From Candidatus Bathyarchaeota archaeon (GTDB taxonomy: Archaea > Thermoproteota > Bathyarchaeia > 40CM-2-53-6): a DNA stretch of 64,000 nt. The notes under the pieces were generated by a model that was not told where the DNA came from, made no database searches, and saw only the letters and a list, made by a program, of their open reading frames with translations. The stretch is from assembly GCA_005888635.1 (NCBI GenBank), contig VBAW01000017.1:4537-68536 (forward strand), written 5' to 3'. This document shows, in pieces, positions 35,081-44,792 of the stretch; position 1 is the first letter of the stretch; every line of letters begins with the position of its first letter. A program made the position numbers and the translations under genes.

Positions 35081-36094
35081 ATGCCCGGAATAATCGACGT
35101 GTCACAGCTTGTCAAGACCTATGGCGACGGGACCAAGGCCGTGAAGGGAATCACGTTCAGTGTTAACGAAGGAGAGTTCTTCGGTTTCCTGGGTCCGAAC
35201 GGCGCTGGAAAGAGCACGACCATCAAGATACTCACAACCCTCCTTCAAAAGACATCGGGTTTTGCCTCGGTCGCCGGACTCAACGTGGACTCTGATGCCG
35301 CGAAGATTAGAAAGATTATCGGAGTGCAGAATCAGGATACAGTAGTTGACGAGGATCTTACGGGCCGTGAGAATCTTGTGCTTCAAGGACAGTTGCAGCA
35401 GATGCATGGACCCGCAATCAAAGAGAGAGTCGATGACCTTCTCAAGATTGTCGATCTTGTAGACGCTGCAGACAAGCGCGCCGGCTTCTATTCGGGAGGT
35501 ATGAAGAAGCGACTCGACCTCGCAACAACCCTCGTACACAACCCGAAAATACTCTTTCTAGACGAGCCCACCACCGGACTGGACCCTCAGTCGAGAGCGG
35601 CAATCTGGGCCTACCTGAAACGTTTGAACGAACAGGGAATCACGATATTCATTACTACACAATACTTAGAGGAAGTTGATAGACTGTGTCGGCGACTCGC
35701 CATTGTTGACCTTGGAGAGATCGTTGCCCAAGGAACTCCTGGTGATCTGAAACAGGAAATAGGAGCTGATTCGATTTCGTTGGGATTCGAGAATTCGAGC
35801 TTGAACGGGGGCGACGTACGAACTAAAGCTCGACAGGTCCTCGAGAAGAAGTTTGACGGAGTGTCCAACATCGTAGACTCAGACATAGGTTTGACAGTCT
35901 ATGCGAAGAATGGTAGCTACATGGTCCCGGAACTCGTGAGAGCTTTCGATGAAGCCCAGATTAGACTCTCAACGATTGGAGTGTCCTCCCCGACCCTTGA
36001 CGACGTGTTCCTCAAGCACACAGGGAAGAGAATCCGGGTCGAAGAAGTCAGTAGCGCAAACATGCGAGGCATGTTTGGCCGAAGGAGACGCTAA
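35081..36094 (+). CDS. ABC transporter ATP-binding protein (DrrA/ABC-2 type)
   Basis: [18 protein letters not shown] and ILFLDEPTTGLD, plus a C-terminal regulatory extension. Confidence 0.9.
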   Translation: MPGIIDVSQLVKTYGDGTKAVKGITFSVNEGEFFGFLGPNGAGKSTTIKILTTLLQKTSGFASVAGLNVDSDAAKIRKIIGVQNQDTVVDEDLTGRENLVLQGQLQQMHGPAIKERVDDLLKIVDLVDAADKRAGFYSGGMKKRLDLATTLVHNPKILFLDEPTTGLDPQSRAAIWAYLKRLNEQGITIFITTQYLEEVDRLCRRLAIVDLGEIVAQGTPGDLKQEIGADSISLGFENSSLNGGDVRTKARQVLEKKFDGVSNIVDSDIGLTVYAKNGSYMVPELVRAFDEAQIRLSTIGVSSPTLDDVFLKHTGKRIRVEEVSSANMRGMFGRRRR

Positions 36095-36096
36095 GC

Positions 36097-36894
36097 ATGT
36101 CGTTCTTCTCAGACGCTACCCACCTATTCGTACGGTCAATGAAGAAGCTAGTACGGAATCCAATATTGGTCTTCTTCTCCCTCTTTCAGCCCATAATCTT
36201 CCTCCTACTTTTCACTCAGTTGTTCAGCGGTCTTGGCCGCTTCCTCGGGGCAGGGATCCTCAGCTACACAGCCTTCGCAACCGCAGGAATCGTCTTGCAG
36301 AACGCCTTCTCCAGCGCCTTCCAGTCAGGAACCGCCGTAGTTGATGACATAAAATCCGGCTTCCTTTCCAAAATGCTTGCGACTCCAGTGAACAGATCCG
36401 CAATTCTCTTTGGAAGATTACTCAGCGATGTCTTCAGAGTCGTAGTTCAAACGGTAATCATTCTAGTACTAGCATATGCCCTCGGCGTATACCCAGCTAC
36501 CGGAGCCATAGGCTACCTACTCGTCATCTTCACAGTTGCCTTCTTCGGCCTGGCTTGGTCGGGAATATCTCTCGCCCTAGGACTGAAGACAAAGAGTGCC
36601 GAGACAGTCTTCGGGATCGCCGGAGCCGTAACCTTCCCACTCTTGTTCATGAGCACTGCACTGGTCACAGCAGATTTCATGCCTCCTTGGATGCAAGACG
36701 TTTCAACTTACAATCCTGTCAGTATTGCCGTAAACGCGATTCGAAACCCCATCACCGGGTGCAATGTTGCTCAGAGAGTATGCAACATTGGATTTGATTG
36801 GAACACGATCCTCCAGGCCTACGGGGTAATCGCCGCCATCGGCTTAGTGACACTAGGAGCGACTCTGTACCTGTTCAGAAAGGTAGTCAGCTAA
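36097..36894 (+). CDS. ABC-2 type transporter permease
   Basis: 265 aa with 6 TM helices. It starts 3 nt after the ATPase stop. Confidence 0.8.
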   Translation: MSFFSDATHLFVRSMKKLVRNPILVFFSLFQPIIFLLLFTQLFSGLGRFLGAGILSYTAFATAGIVLQNAFSSAFQSGTAVVDDIKSGFLSKMLATPVNRSAILFGRLLSDVFRVVVQTVIILVLAYALGVYPATGAIGYLLVIFTVAFFGLAWSGISLALGLKTKSAETVFGIAGAVTFPLLFMSTALVTADFMPPWMQDVSTYNPVSIAVNAIRNPITGCNVAQRVCNIGFDWNTILQAYGVIAAIGLVTLGATLYLFRKVVS

Positions 36895-36898
36895 AGAG

Positions 36899-37858
36899 TT
36901 GTCCGGAATGAGCGGTCCCTCCATTGAAGCAGTGAATCTCTCAAAACGTTATGGCTCATTTCCCGCCCTTTCGAACCTTTCCTTGAAGATCGAAGGATCA
37001 AAGTGCGTTGGCTTTCTCGGCCCAAATGGCGCGGGAAAGACGACCACTCTCAAGATCTTCACTGATATGATTAGAGCATCGGAAGGGAAGGCTCTGATCA
37101 ATGGAATTGATGTGCATCTTAACAAGAAAAAGGCCTTGAGCTCAGTCGGGTCCCTGATTGAGAGTCCCGAGATCTACCCCTCGCTGACACCTAGAGAAGC
37201 GTTGTCGATGGTCTCTGATATCAGAGGACTTCCTAGAGCGGAAAAACGAAAGAAGATCGAAGAGGTTGTTTCCGAGGTAAAGATGGAGGAGTGGTTGGAC
37301 AAGAAGGTCGGGAAGTTCTCCAAAGGCATGAAGCAGAGAATCAACATTGCAGCGGCACTCCTCTCTGACCCGGACGTCTTTCTACTTGACGAGCCTACTA
37401 CCGGTCTTGACCCAAGAGGAATGGCCGAGGTTCGGGACATCGTCAAATCGTTAAAGACACGCAATAGGCTCATCTTCATGAGTTCACACTTGTTGAACGA
37501 GGTCCAAGACGTATGCGATGAGGTGGCGATGATCGACCACGGCAAGCTGCTCGTCTATGATAGCCTGTCTAACGTGACGAGTAGAGCTTCAAGCGATGGA
37601 GGAAACATAGTCGAAATAGAATTATTGAGGGACATCGACGAGCGAACCGTAAATGATGATATTGCATCCCTGGCCAACGTAAGCTCTGCCGAGAGACCTG
37701 ATCCCAGGAAGATTCGAATCCATTTCTCAGGGGGTGTTCAGAACCAGGAGAGACTTCTGCTAGATCTCGCTAACCTGAAGATTGGAATGATTAGTTTCCA
37801 TCCTTCTGCTTCAGCTCTCGAGGACACGTATCTGAGACTCATCAAGGACACCTTGTGA
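36899..37858 (+). CDS. ABC transporter ATP-binding protein (second module)
   Basis: GPNGAGKTT, FSKGMKQRI and VFLLDEPTTGLD. Confidence 0.9.
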   Translation: MSGMSGPSIEAVNLSKRYGSFPALSNLSLKIEGSKCVGFLGPNGAGKTTTLKIFTDMIRASEGKALINGIDVHLNKKKALSSVGSLIESPEIYPSLTPREALSMVSDIRGLPRAEKRKKIEEVVSEVKMEEWLDKKVGKFSKGMKQRINIAAALLSDPDVFLLDEPTTGLDPRGMAEVRDIVKSLKTRNRLIFMSSHLLNEVQDVCDEVAMIDHGKLLVYDSLSNVTSRASSDGGNIVEIELLRDIDERTVNDDIASLANVSSAERPDPRKIRIHFSGGVQNQERLLLDLANLKIGMISFHPSASALEDTYLRLIKDTL

Positions 37859-38751
37859 TCGGAACGATGAGCAAACTACCGGGTAAATCCCTCCCAACGC
37901 CGGGCAGTCGCGTCCTGCCAACTAGTGTGTCCCAAGTCGGAACGATTACCAAATACGAACTCTTGAACTACTTCAGGTCTAGACGATTCTTCATCCTGCT
38001 AGCTATTGGGCTGATCATCAGCGGACTTCTCACAGCACTAGTTGCGTATTACGGTGTTAGCAACGTTGCACCCTGCCTGCCAAGCATGTGCTCAAGTCCT
38101 CCTTTAGCGTTCTACTCCTTCTGGTGGGGGAGCTCGATCACTTTCGTAATAGTACTCTCTGGAATCTTTTTCGGTGGAGATGCAATCTCTGGAGAGTTCC
38201 AGAATAAGACCGGTTATTTTCTGGTCGCGAACCCTCTGCGCAGATCTTCAATATACATTGGGAAGTGGCTCGGCGCTTTGACAGCGTCTCTGATGGTGTT
38301 AGCTATCTATGCTGCTATAACGGTAGGAAACGGTCTCTACTATTTCGGGGCGAATGTCCCCTACCAGTTCGCAGAGTCCTTGAGCTTCTCAATATTGTAT
38401 CTTATTGCCGTACTCGGATTCACTTTCTTCTTCAGTTCACTCTTCAAGAGCAGCTCAATGTCGATCCTCGTGACCGCCATCCTCTTTCTCTTTGCCTTCA
38501 GCCTAATCCAACTCATCGTGTCAGGTCTCGCGCAGATCGAACCGTGGTTCATCATTACGTATGGTTCAGGAATAATTGGAAACGTGCTGATGGATACTTA
38601 CCCCACTACACAGCCTATTAGGGGTCCAGGTGGAAGAGACAGCACAACGTTCGCTGCAACCATCCCGGAAGGTATTGTGATATTGGTAGCCTACTTCTTT
38701 GCAACGGCGATTCTCGGGCTGGTTCTCTTCGAGAGAAAAGAGTTCACCTAG
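37855..38751 (+). CDS. ABC-2 family permease-like membrane protein
   Basis: 298 aa with about 6 TM helices. It overlaps the preceding ATPase gene by 4 nt. Confidence 0.65.
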   Translation: MIGTMSKLPGKSLPTPGSRVLPTSVSQVGTITKYELLNYFRSRRFFILLAIGLIISGLLTALVAYYGVSNVAPCLPSMCSSPPLAFYSFWWGSSITFVIVLSGIFFGGDAISGEFQNKTGYFLVANPLRRSSIYIGKWLGALTASLMVLAIYAAITVGNGLYYFGANVPYQFAESLSFSILYLIAVLGFTFFFSSLFKSSSMSILVTAILFLFAFSLIQLIVSGLAQIEPWFIITYGSGIIGNVLMDTYPTTQPIRGPGGRDSTTFAATIPEGIVILVAYFFATAILGLVLFERKEFT

Positions 38752-38792
38752 ATCAAGATACATGAAGGATCATATTCGCTTCTCGCACCTTT

Positions 38793-39551
38793 CTATCCAG
38801 CGACATACGACCGGATGAGGTCGCGGAACTTACCGTTGTTCATCAATTCCTCGGCGATCGTTTCGTTCTCCTTTCCTTCCCGGTCCCAGACCAGGAACCT
38901 TGATTCACCACCGCGTGAGAATCTTGCGATGAAGTAGGGCATATAGAACAGGTTGCCTTCCAGAAACTCGATTTTTTCCAGATCTATCTTAGCAGGTAGT
39001 TTCAAACCGTCTGCGAACATCTTCCATCGCGTGTCTCGAGTCTTCTTCAGGTGATCAAGATTTTCCTTGATCTCTTGTTTTGCACGGTCAGTCTTTGTAA
39101 GTGAATCATATTGTTTCGACAATTCTTGCAATTGGTGGTCGAAGTCAGACAACATTCTTCTTAGTTCATCCAGTCTCTCGCTGACAAGAATCGTCGAGTC
39201 GACTCCTCGCACCACCGAACCCGAGTCAGGCTCCACGTCGACTAGTTGGGGTAAGAAGGAGATTAGTTCAGGGTAGAACCCGAGGTTTACCTCTCGAAGG
39301 GCCATGACCGCCGACCTTCCTTGGGCGAGAACGCTCTGCTTTGATAGGAAGCCCTTCGCAGTTGAATACTGGTAACTAAACTCTAGATAGGGCAGATACA
39401 GCGTTTTCCCAAAGACGAATCGCTCTTCTGACCCGCCTAGAATTCCCTTTTTCACCCGTTTCTTCTCAGCACTCTGCTGGACAACACTTTCAGGCATCAA
39501 CATCGGCAAAGCCTTGACAATGGCCGGTCCTGAAGCAGCTCCTTCGCTCAA
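38793..39551 (-). CDS. Hypothetical protein with a central coiled coil
   Basis: 252 aa. Aromatic beta-like segments (LYLPYLEFSYQYS and LFYMPYFIARFS) flank a charged helical region (LDELRRMLSDFDHQLQELSKQYDSL...). Confidence 0.5.
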   Translation of the reverse strand: MSEGAASGPAIVKALPMLMPESVVQQSAEKKRVKKGILGGSEERFVFGKTLYLPYLEFSYQYSTAKGFLSKQSVLAQGRSAVMALREVNLGFYPELISFLPQLVDVEPDSGSVVRGVDSTILVSERLDELRRMLSDFDHQLQELSKQYDSLTKTDRAKQEIKENLDHLKKTRDTRWKMFADGLKLPAKIDLEKIEFLEGNLFYMPYFIARFSRGGESRFLVWDREGKENETIAEELMNNGKFRDLIRSYVAG

Positions 39552-39710
39552 CCTCCTGATCTCTCCTCGCTGTAATGGCGCGCTCTATGATAGCTCATAA
39601 GCAAAATTCCAGGTTTTCTCCCCGGTCGAAGAGCTGATAATAGAACTAGCTTGACTTTGGACCAGAAGCTGTTGCAAAATCGCGGGAATCTTCCGGATGA
39701 TTGCTGGAGT

Positions 39711-40391
39711 TTAGCTATAGACTATCTCGACGGTGTGCCCCGTCCCGTAAGGATATCCATTAGGGTATTGAGGGTCACCGGTAGCAGTCGGAGAACAAGG
39801 AGCACTGGTTGACTGAGCGCTGCAATAATCGTAGTGAGTTAGATCCAGGGACCCATATTCTGTGGAGTTTTGGGGGTTGGATTGTCCCCTGTCGATGAGT
39901 AGTGAAAGCGTATGGCCTTGGCCTATCTTGAAGCCCAGGATGTCGGTTGAATTGAAAATGATGGGACGATCGACTCCATCGACGCTAGCCCCATTGGGAA
40001 AGGTAAGCCTCCAGATTGTGAAGAAGGCACCTAGAGTATATTGATTCGATAGCGAAGGGGCCTCGATGTGAATTATACCGGATGCGTCGTGGGTGTGCAT
40101 TGGCTCAAGACAAGTCTGCGAAACGAATCCAACATACTGTGGAACACTCACACTTACGTTACTCGTGCCGGTGTTTACGTAGATCCGAAGCCAAGGGTGA
40201 ACATGCACAACGTTACCCTCGGCGCCGCAAGGAAATGGCCAGTCCCCGCCTCCCTTGCTCTGGGTGAGAGCGTAGACGCCGTACCCGATTGTCCCAATCA
40301 AAACAGCGACAATGACGACTGAGATGATAGTTCTTCGCTGGCGCTGCCTTCTGACCTCCTCAAGCACTTTCTTCTTACGAGCCTGGGTCAA
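39711..40391 (-). CDS. Hypothetical membrane-anchored extracytoplasmic protein with His-rich motifs
   Basis: 226 aa with an N-terminal signal anchor (TIISVVIVAVLIGTIGYGVYAL), then VHVHPWLRIYV and MHTHDASGIIHIE motifs. Confidence 0.55.
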   Translation of the reverse strand: MTQARKKKVLEEVRRQRQRRTIISVVIVAVLIGTIGYGVYALTQSKGGGDWPFPCGAEGNVVHVHPWLRIYVNTGTSNVSVSVPQYVGFVSQTCLEPMHTHDASGIIHIEAPSLSNQYTLGAFFTIWRLTFPNGASVDGVDRPIIFNSTDILGFKIGQGHTLSLLIDRGQSNPQNSTEYGSLDLTHYDYCSAQSTSAPCSPTATGDPQYPNGYPYGTGHTVEIVYS

Positions 40392-40484
40392 GCTACCAGT
40401 CCATCTCTAGGTGGTAATATCCTGACTCAAAAGTTTGCCCCTCGACTACTCTTAATATTCTGAGCCCGACGAATCTTAGCTGAA

Positions 40485-40691
40485 ATGAGGTCCACTATCC
40501 TCACGAGGATTGTCAACAGCGCCATATGGATCGTATCTGGTGCGATTGTCATCATCGTACGCGCCTCGGTAACTCAAGGAGGATCCGTCCTTATCTGGAC
40601 TACCATAGGTGGAGGAATGATAATCTACGGAGCCGGGCGCCTAGTTTGGGCCATCGTCAAGACCTCGTCAACGGCTCCTGCACCCGTTTAA
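40485..40691 (+). CDS. Hypothetical small membrane protein
   Basis: 68 aa with two hydrophobic helices. Confidence 0.3.
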   Translation: MRSTILTRIVNSAIWIVSGAIVIIVRASVTQGGSVLIWTTIGGGMIIYGAGRLVWAIVKTSSTAPAPV

Positions 40692-40790
40692 CAGACTCCC
40701 ACTCGACGGATAATCGAAATCCTATCGAGACGAGTATCATTTGAATGACCAACTCACTCGAGAATTGCAGCGTCGGGGCTGATTCTTCGC

Positions 40791-41417
40791 CTAGTCGCGA
40801 CGATCTGTCAACATTGTTGCGGGCGGTGGTCCCATTTGTCCCGGCATCGGCTGGGGTCCCATCGGCATCTGCTCTGGGAGAGAGAAGAAGGACACTATTT
40901 GCAGTATTTCTGCTATGAAGACGATTATGAACCCCACGAATATGATTGCAGTTGCGGCTCCGATGAGGTAGAGTAATCCTGTTGTGTGGAATGTTCCTAC
41001 GTTGAGCCTTGTCGCAATGGTGTCATAGCTCCTCTTCAGGAATATTGAGGCAATGAGATAGAAGATCCAAATCACGATGAGCCCAGCAATGATGGACGCT
41101 ATCACTGCGGAGAAGCCGGTCGGCAGAGTCGTCGTTCCGGGGGTGTAGGTATAGCTCCCTAGGCCGATCAGCGAATATACGGCGCCCAGCACGACTACAA
41201 CTCCTACGACTATCCCAATTATCGCCAAGACGACAGCGATGATCATGTTGTTGAAGATCTTTTGATCGCCGAGAATATCTGCAATGTATTTCACGGCGAT
41301 GAGAATCATGATGAAGCCTACAATCGAGAGGACAGCGCCTGCATACGGAATAGGACTCAGAAGAACGAGGATCGACCCAACTCCGCCAAGGGTCTTGGCT
41401 TGTCCCAGGGACGCCAT
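40791..41417 (-). CDS. DUF996-like archaeal membrane protein
   Basis: 208 aa. The N-terminus, LGQAKTLGGVGSILVLLSPIPYAGAVLSIVGFIMILIAVKYIADILGDQKIFNN, matches my memory of the DUF996 family. The C-terminal tail is Pro/Gly/Met-rich. Confidence 0.6.
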   Translation of the reverse strand: MASLGQAKTLGGVGSILVLLSPIPYAGAVLSIVGFIMILIAVKYIADILGDQKIFNNMIIAVVLAIIGIVVGVVVVLGAVYSLIGLGSYTYTPGTTTLPTGFSAVIASIIAGLIVIWIFYLIASIFLKRSYDTIATRLNVGTFHTTGLLYLIGAATAIIFVGFIIVFIAEILQIVSFFSLPEQMPMGPQPMPGQMGPPPATMLTDRRD

Positions 41418-41474
41418 GCTTTTGGATTGATCTCACAGTAGTTAACGCTTTACCAAGCTAGGGCGTCCCGGAAG

Positions 41475-42497
41475 CTAGTCGAGCTGGAGCACCATATACG
41501 TCTCGTCGATATATCCTTCCTGTAGCCATCCTGGAAGCTTTCCACACTCGACGAATCCCGCTTTTGCATAGAGTTTCTCAGCGGGATTGTTGCCTTCGAA
41601 AACTGTGAGAATGACTCTAGAGAGGTTAAGCCTCTTGGCGAGCGTCCTCATTGCGTCCATTAACAATGTCCCTACACCAATCCCCTGGTACTCTGCTCTG
41701 ATGTACATGCCGAGACTCATTACATGCTGCATCACATCAGGGCCGAGTCTGAAAAGGTCGAGCAACCCTACAGGCTCCCCAATCGACTCGTCCTCACAGA
41801 CTATAGAAAAAACTCTACGCTTCTCGAACCACTCATCATACGTTCCAGGACCCCAAGGGACTGACCCCTCAAAGACACCATTCGCTATTCCCCGAATGAC
41901 GTTCAGATGAGTCGCGGCTTTGTTCAGGAAGGGACGATCTTCCTTGCGGTAGCCTCTAAGCTTCAGCCTCTGACTCTTCGCCTTGTCAACCTCTAGAATC
42001 GGGTAGAGGCCGGGCTTGGCGTAGCTTCGACGAATACCGAAGTGGTATCGCTCATCGAGCTCTTTGTACAGGTAGTGTAGGTCAAACCTCTTTCCGTCGA
42101 GAGATACCGCACCCGGAATGGATGCACCGACCTTGTAGTCCAGAGCCCTGAGCGCTTGTAGACGCTTGCGATCATAGCCGAAGATGTGGGTTCGAAGAAC
42201 GAGTTTCTCCTGAGCGAGGGCCATGTCCTCGACCTTTCCAACAGCTTCCTTCAGACCGGCGAGGGAGTCTGTCACAATGACGAAATCTGCTCGGGGCGTC
42301 CATTTCTCTCGCCCCGAACTGAAGCAGAAAAGTGCGTCGATTGCTCTTACAGAGTAGAGAAGGAAGCTGCTTCTTTCAGGAAAGTATTCTTTGAAAATTT
42401 CCTCGCTGAGAGGTAGGACATGCCCGATCTGGAGACTTCGGTCGTTCAGATATTTACGTCCCGCATCAACGTCTTGATCGAGCGGAGTTAGGCGCAA
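41475..42497 (-). CDS. GNAT-family N-acetyltransferase (two-domain)
   Basis: The C-terminal half has the acetyl-CoA motif QGIGVGTLLMDAMRTLAKRL ... NNPAEKLYAKAGFVECG. The N-terminal half looks like a degenerate GNAT fold. Confidence 0.7.
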   Translation of the reverse strand: MRLTPLDQDVDAGRKYLNDRSLQIGHVLPLSEEIFKEYFPERSSFLLYSVRAIDALFCFSSGREKWTPRADFVIVTDSLAGLKEAVGKVEDMALAQEKLVLRTHIFGYDRKRLQALRALDYKVGASIPGAVSLDGKRFDLHYLYKELDERYHFGIRRSYAKPGLYPILEVDKAKSQRLKLRGYRKEDRPFLNKAATHLNVIRGIANGVFEGSVPWGPGTYDEWFEKRRVFSIVCEDESIGEPVGLLDLFRLGPDVMQHVMSLGMYIRAEYQGIGVGTLLMDAMRTLAKRLNLSRVILTVFEGNNPAEKLYAKAGFVECGKLPGWLQEGYIDETYMVLQLD

Positions 42498-42566
42498 CTC
42501 TCTCCATCTATCAACGGTCTGGACCGTTTAAGTTAGTTAACAAGGATGGTCAAACCAAGTCACCCA

Positions 42567-43559
42567 TTATCGCTTCCCCATCTCATGCGTCTTCTTCTGT
42601 TGTCTGTTGACTAGGACCACACCTGTCAGAATCAAGGCGAAGCTTACTCCATGCCATGGGCTGAGATTTTCTTTGAGTAGGAGGACTGAGGTTATGACGC
42701 CGAACACTGGGACCAGATTGCCGAAGATTGCTGCTCTTCCGGCTCCGATCTTGGAGACACCTACCACGTAGAAGAAGTAGCCTACTACGGTTGAGAGGAA
42801 GGCGAGGTATAGGATTCCAAGCCATGACAGCGGGCTCCAGCTGTAAGTCCAGGGAGCCTCCAATAGTGATAGGGGAATTAGGAAGAGCCAGCCGAACAGA
42901 GAGATCCATGCGAGGATCGCTAGGGAGGAGGGTGCCGAAACGGAATTGTCTGCCCTGTTTGCTGCTACAAATCCTCTCAAAGTAACAGTGTAGATGGCAT
43001 ACGCAATTGCTCCTCCGAAGACGAGACTTATTCCTAGAGGCCTGTTGAGAACATCGTTGTTGGGAGAGAGTAGAGAGATGACTCCGATGCCTGCGAGTCC
43101 TGAGATGAAGCCCAGACCCTTAGTCTTAGTCAAGCGTTCGTTAAGGACGAACGATGCCATGATTGCTATTAACACGGGTCCTATACCGATGACCAGTGAA
43201 TCATCGCTAGCGGCCGCATATCTGACACCATAGAGGAAGAAGATCTGATACAAGGTCGTAGAAAACAGCCCCATGACGACAAGATTCAAGATCCATTTTC
43301 GTTCAAGCCCGAGTGCTTGTCGTTTAACCCTTAGAATCCCGAACAATACGGGAACAACTATCGCGTATCTCAGCACTGCAATAGACACTGGAGGCAGGTT
43401 TGTCGCCAAGAGCCTGCCGACGGGCCACGCCAGTCCCCAGAGGAACATGGTGAGTAGAAGCTGAGAATAGACGATCCAGTTCCGGCTCTCGACTCCAATC
43501 GTCGTGGCCTCTGTGGGCAGGCGTTGCAGATCGGTCTTGCTCTGCCGGCCTGGGACCAT
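42567..43559 (-). CDS. DMT-superfamily (EamA-type) transporter
   Basis: 330 aa with about 10 TM helices in two EamA-like repeats. Confidence 0.8.
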   Translation of the reverse strand: MVPGRQSKTDLQRLPTEATTIGVESRNWIVYSQLLLTMFLWGLAWPVGRLLATNLPPVSIAVLRYAIVVPVLFGILRVKRQALGLERKWILNLVVMGLFSTTLYQIFFLYGVRYAAASDDSLVIGIGPVLIAIMASFVLNERLTKTKGLGFISGLAGIGVISLLSPNNDVLNRPLGISLVFGGAIAYAIYTVTLRGFVAANRADNSVSAPSSLAILAWISLFGWLFLIPLSLLEAPWTYSWSPLSWLGILYLAFLSTVVGYFFYVVGVSKIGAGRAAIFGNLVPVFGVITSVLLLKENLSPWHGVSFALILTGVVLVNRQQKKTHEMGKR

Positions 43560-43793
43560 GTGGGGAGAGTTTCAGAACGGGATAAGTAGTTTGACTCCGA
43601 ATCTTGCTCTCTAACTAGGCTGATGGTGAAGCAAACCGCAGACCTCAGCACAACTGTTACCACTTACGGTTACCAGATCCGTTACCAATCAAGAAATCCC
43701 AAAAATAATTCATTCCCGCGACACGAGAGTGCTAAACTGGCCGTGCGGAACCTTGGCCAGGGTGAAGAGTCTGCCTTTTTCTGGAGACTGAAG

Positions 43794-44264
43794 CTATGCG
43801 GGCTTGAAAGCTAGAATATCGGTCAGAGCACCGGTCCGTGCTGATGCTTCTTTCAGGATTGAGACGACCTTCATTCCGAAGGTCACGCTGCTGGGTTCGC
43901 TGACGTTCAGTTTGTGAACGATTCCTCCCTTCACTCCTTCAAATCTTATCAGTGCAAGGGTCACTGGTCCGTTAGGTTCTCCTGTTCTATTCCTGTTAAC
44001 GGTCGTGTAGCTGTAGACATATCCTGGCTCTTCGAGGGTTCTCGTCTCTTTCATCTCGATGAAGCAGGATGGACAAAACATTCGGGCGGGAACGTAGCTG
44101 TTCTTGCACTTGGAACACTCCGAAGCCAAGAACCGCCCGTTCCTCTTCAGTTCTCGACGAAACTCTTCCCCGGCCACGCCGGCTGTGTAGTGAAATTCTA
44201 GAGGGATGCTGTCGGTCCAGTGGCGCGCCTGGGACGCTTGGGATATCTTCTCTAGGATTGGCAT
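43794..44264 (-). CDS. DUF35 zinc-ribbon/OB-fold protein
   Basis: 156 aa with ASECSKCKNSYVPARMFCPSC (rubredoxin-like zinc ribbon) followed by an OB-fold-like segment. Confidence 0.75.
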   Translation of the reverse strand: MPILEKISQASQARHWTDSIPLEFHYTAGVAGEEFRRELKRNGRFLASECSKCKNSYVPARMFCPSCFIEMKETRTLEEPGYVYSYTTVNRNRTGEPNGPVTLALIRFEGVKGGIVHKLNVSEPSSVTFGMKVVSILKEASARTGALTDILAFKPA

Positions 44265-44267
44265 GTT

Positions 44268-44780
44268 CTAGGCCTCTATGGGCCTAAAGTATCGAATATC
44301 CGTGATTGCTCCCTGTCTCTCGCTGGGCTGTTTCCAGACCGCTTGGACCTTCATGCCGATCCTTATGCTAGCTGGCTCTACCTCTCCTAGGTTGTGGAGT
44401 ATTCCCATGCCCGGACTGGCGCCGTCTATGTCGACGACCGCGACTAGAATTGGGGTCTTGAGCCGTCTCGCATCGGTACCTACGTGTGAGATGGAGAAAG
44501 TGTTGACCGTCCCGGTGTCTCTGACTTGGACCCATGCGTCTGTGGGTCTGTAGCATTGCTCGCAGTACATTCTTGGAGGAACAAGGATTCGCTCGCACTG
44601 GCTACACTTTCGGGCAACTATCCTTCCCTCTTTCAACTCGTCTAGGAATCTGCTTATTGCGACGCCCGCGGCCCAGCTGTATCGGGGCACGAACTTGTAT
44701 TGGATATCGAGGTACTTTCCTTCCTTCAGCTCATCCGACGTGATCTCGTGGCCTGGATAGCTTGTTATTTTCTGGGACAT
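44268..44780 (-). CDS. DUF35 zinc-ribbon/OB-fold protein (second copy)
   Basis: 170 aa with ARKCSQCERILVPPRMYCEQC followed by an OB-like segment. It ends 3 nt before the next gene. Confidence 0.75.
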   Translation of the reverse strand: MSQKITSYPGHEITSDELKEGKYLDIQYKFVPRYSWAAGVAISRFLDELKEGRIVARKCSQCERILVPPRMYCEQCYRPTDAWVQVRDTGTVNTFSISHVGTDARRLKTPILVAVVDIDGASPGMGILHNLGEVEPASIRIGMKVQAVWKQPSERQGAITDIRYFRPIEA

Positions 44781-44792
44781 TTCTTGTCCACT

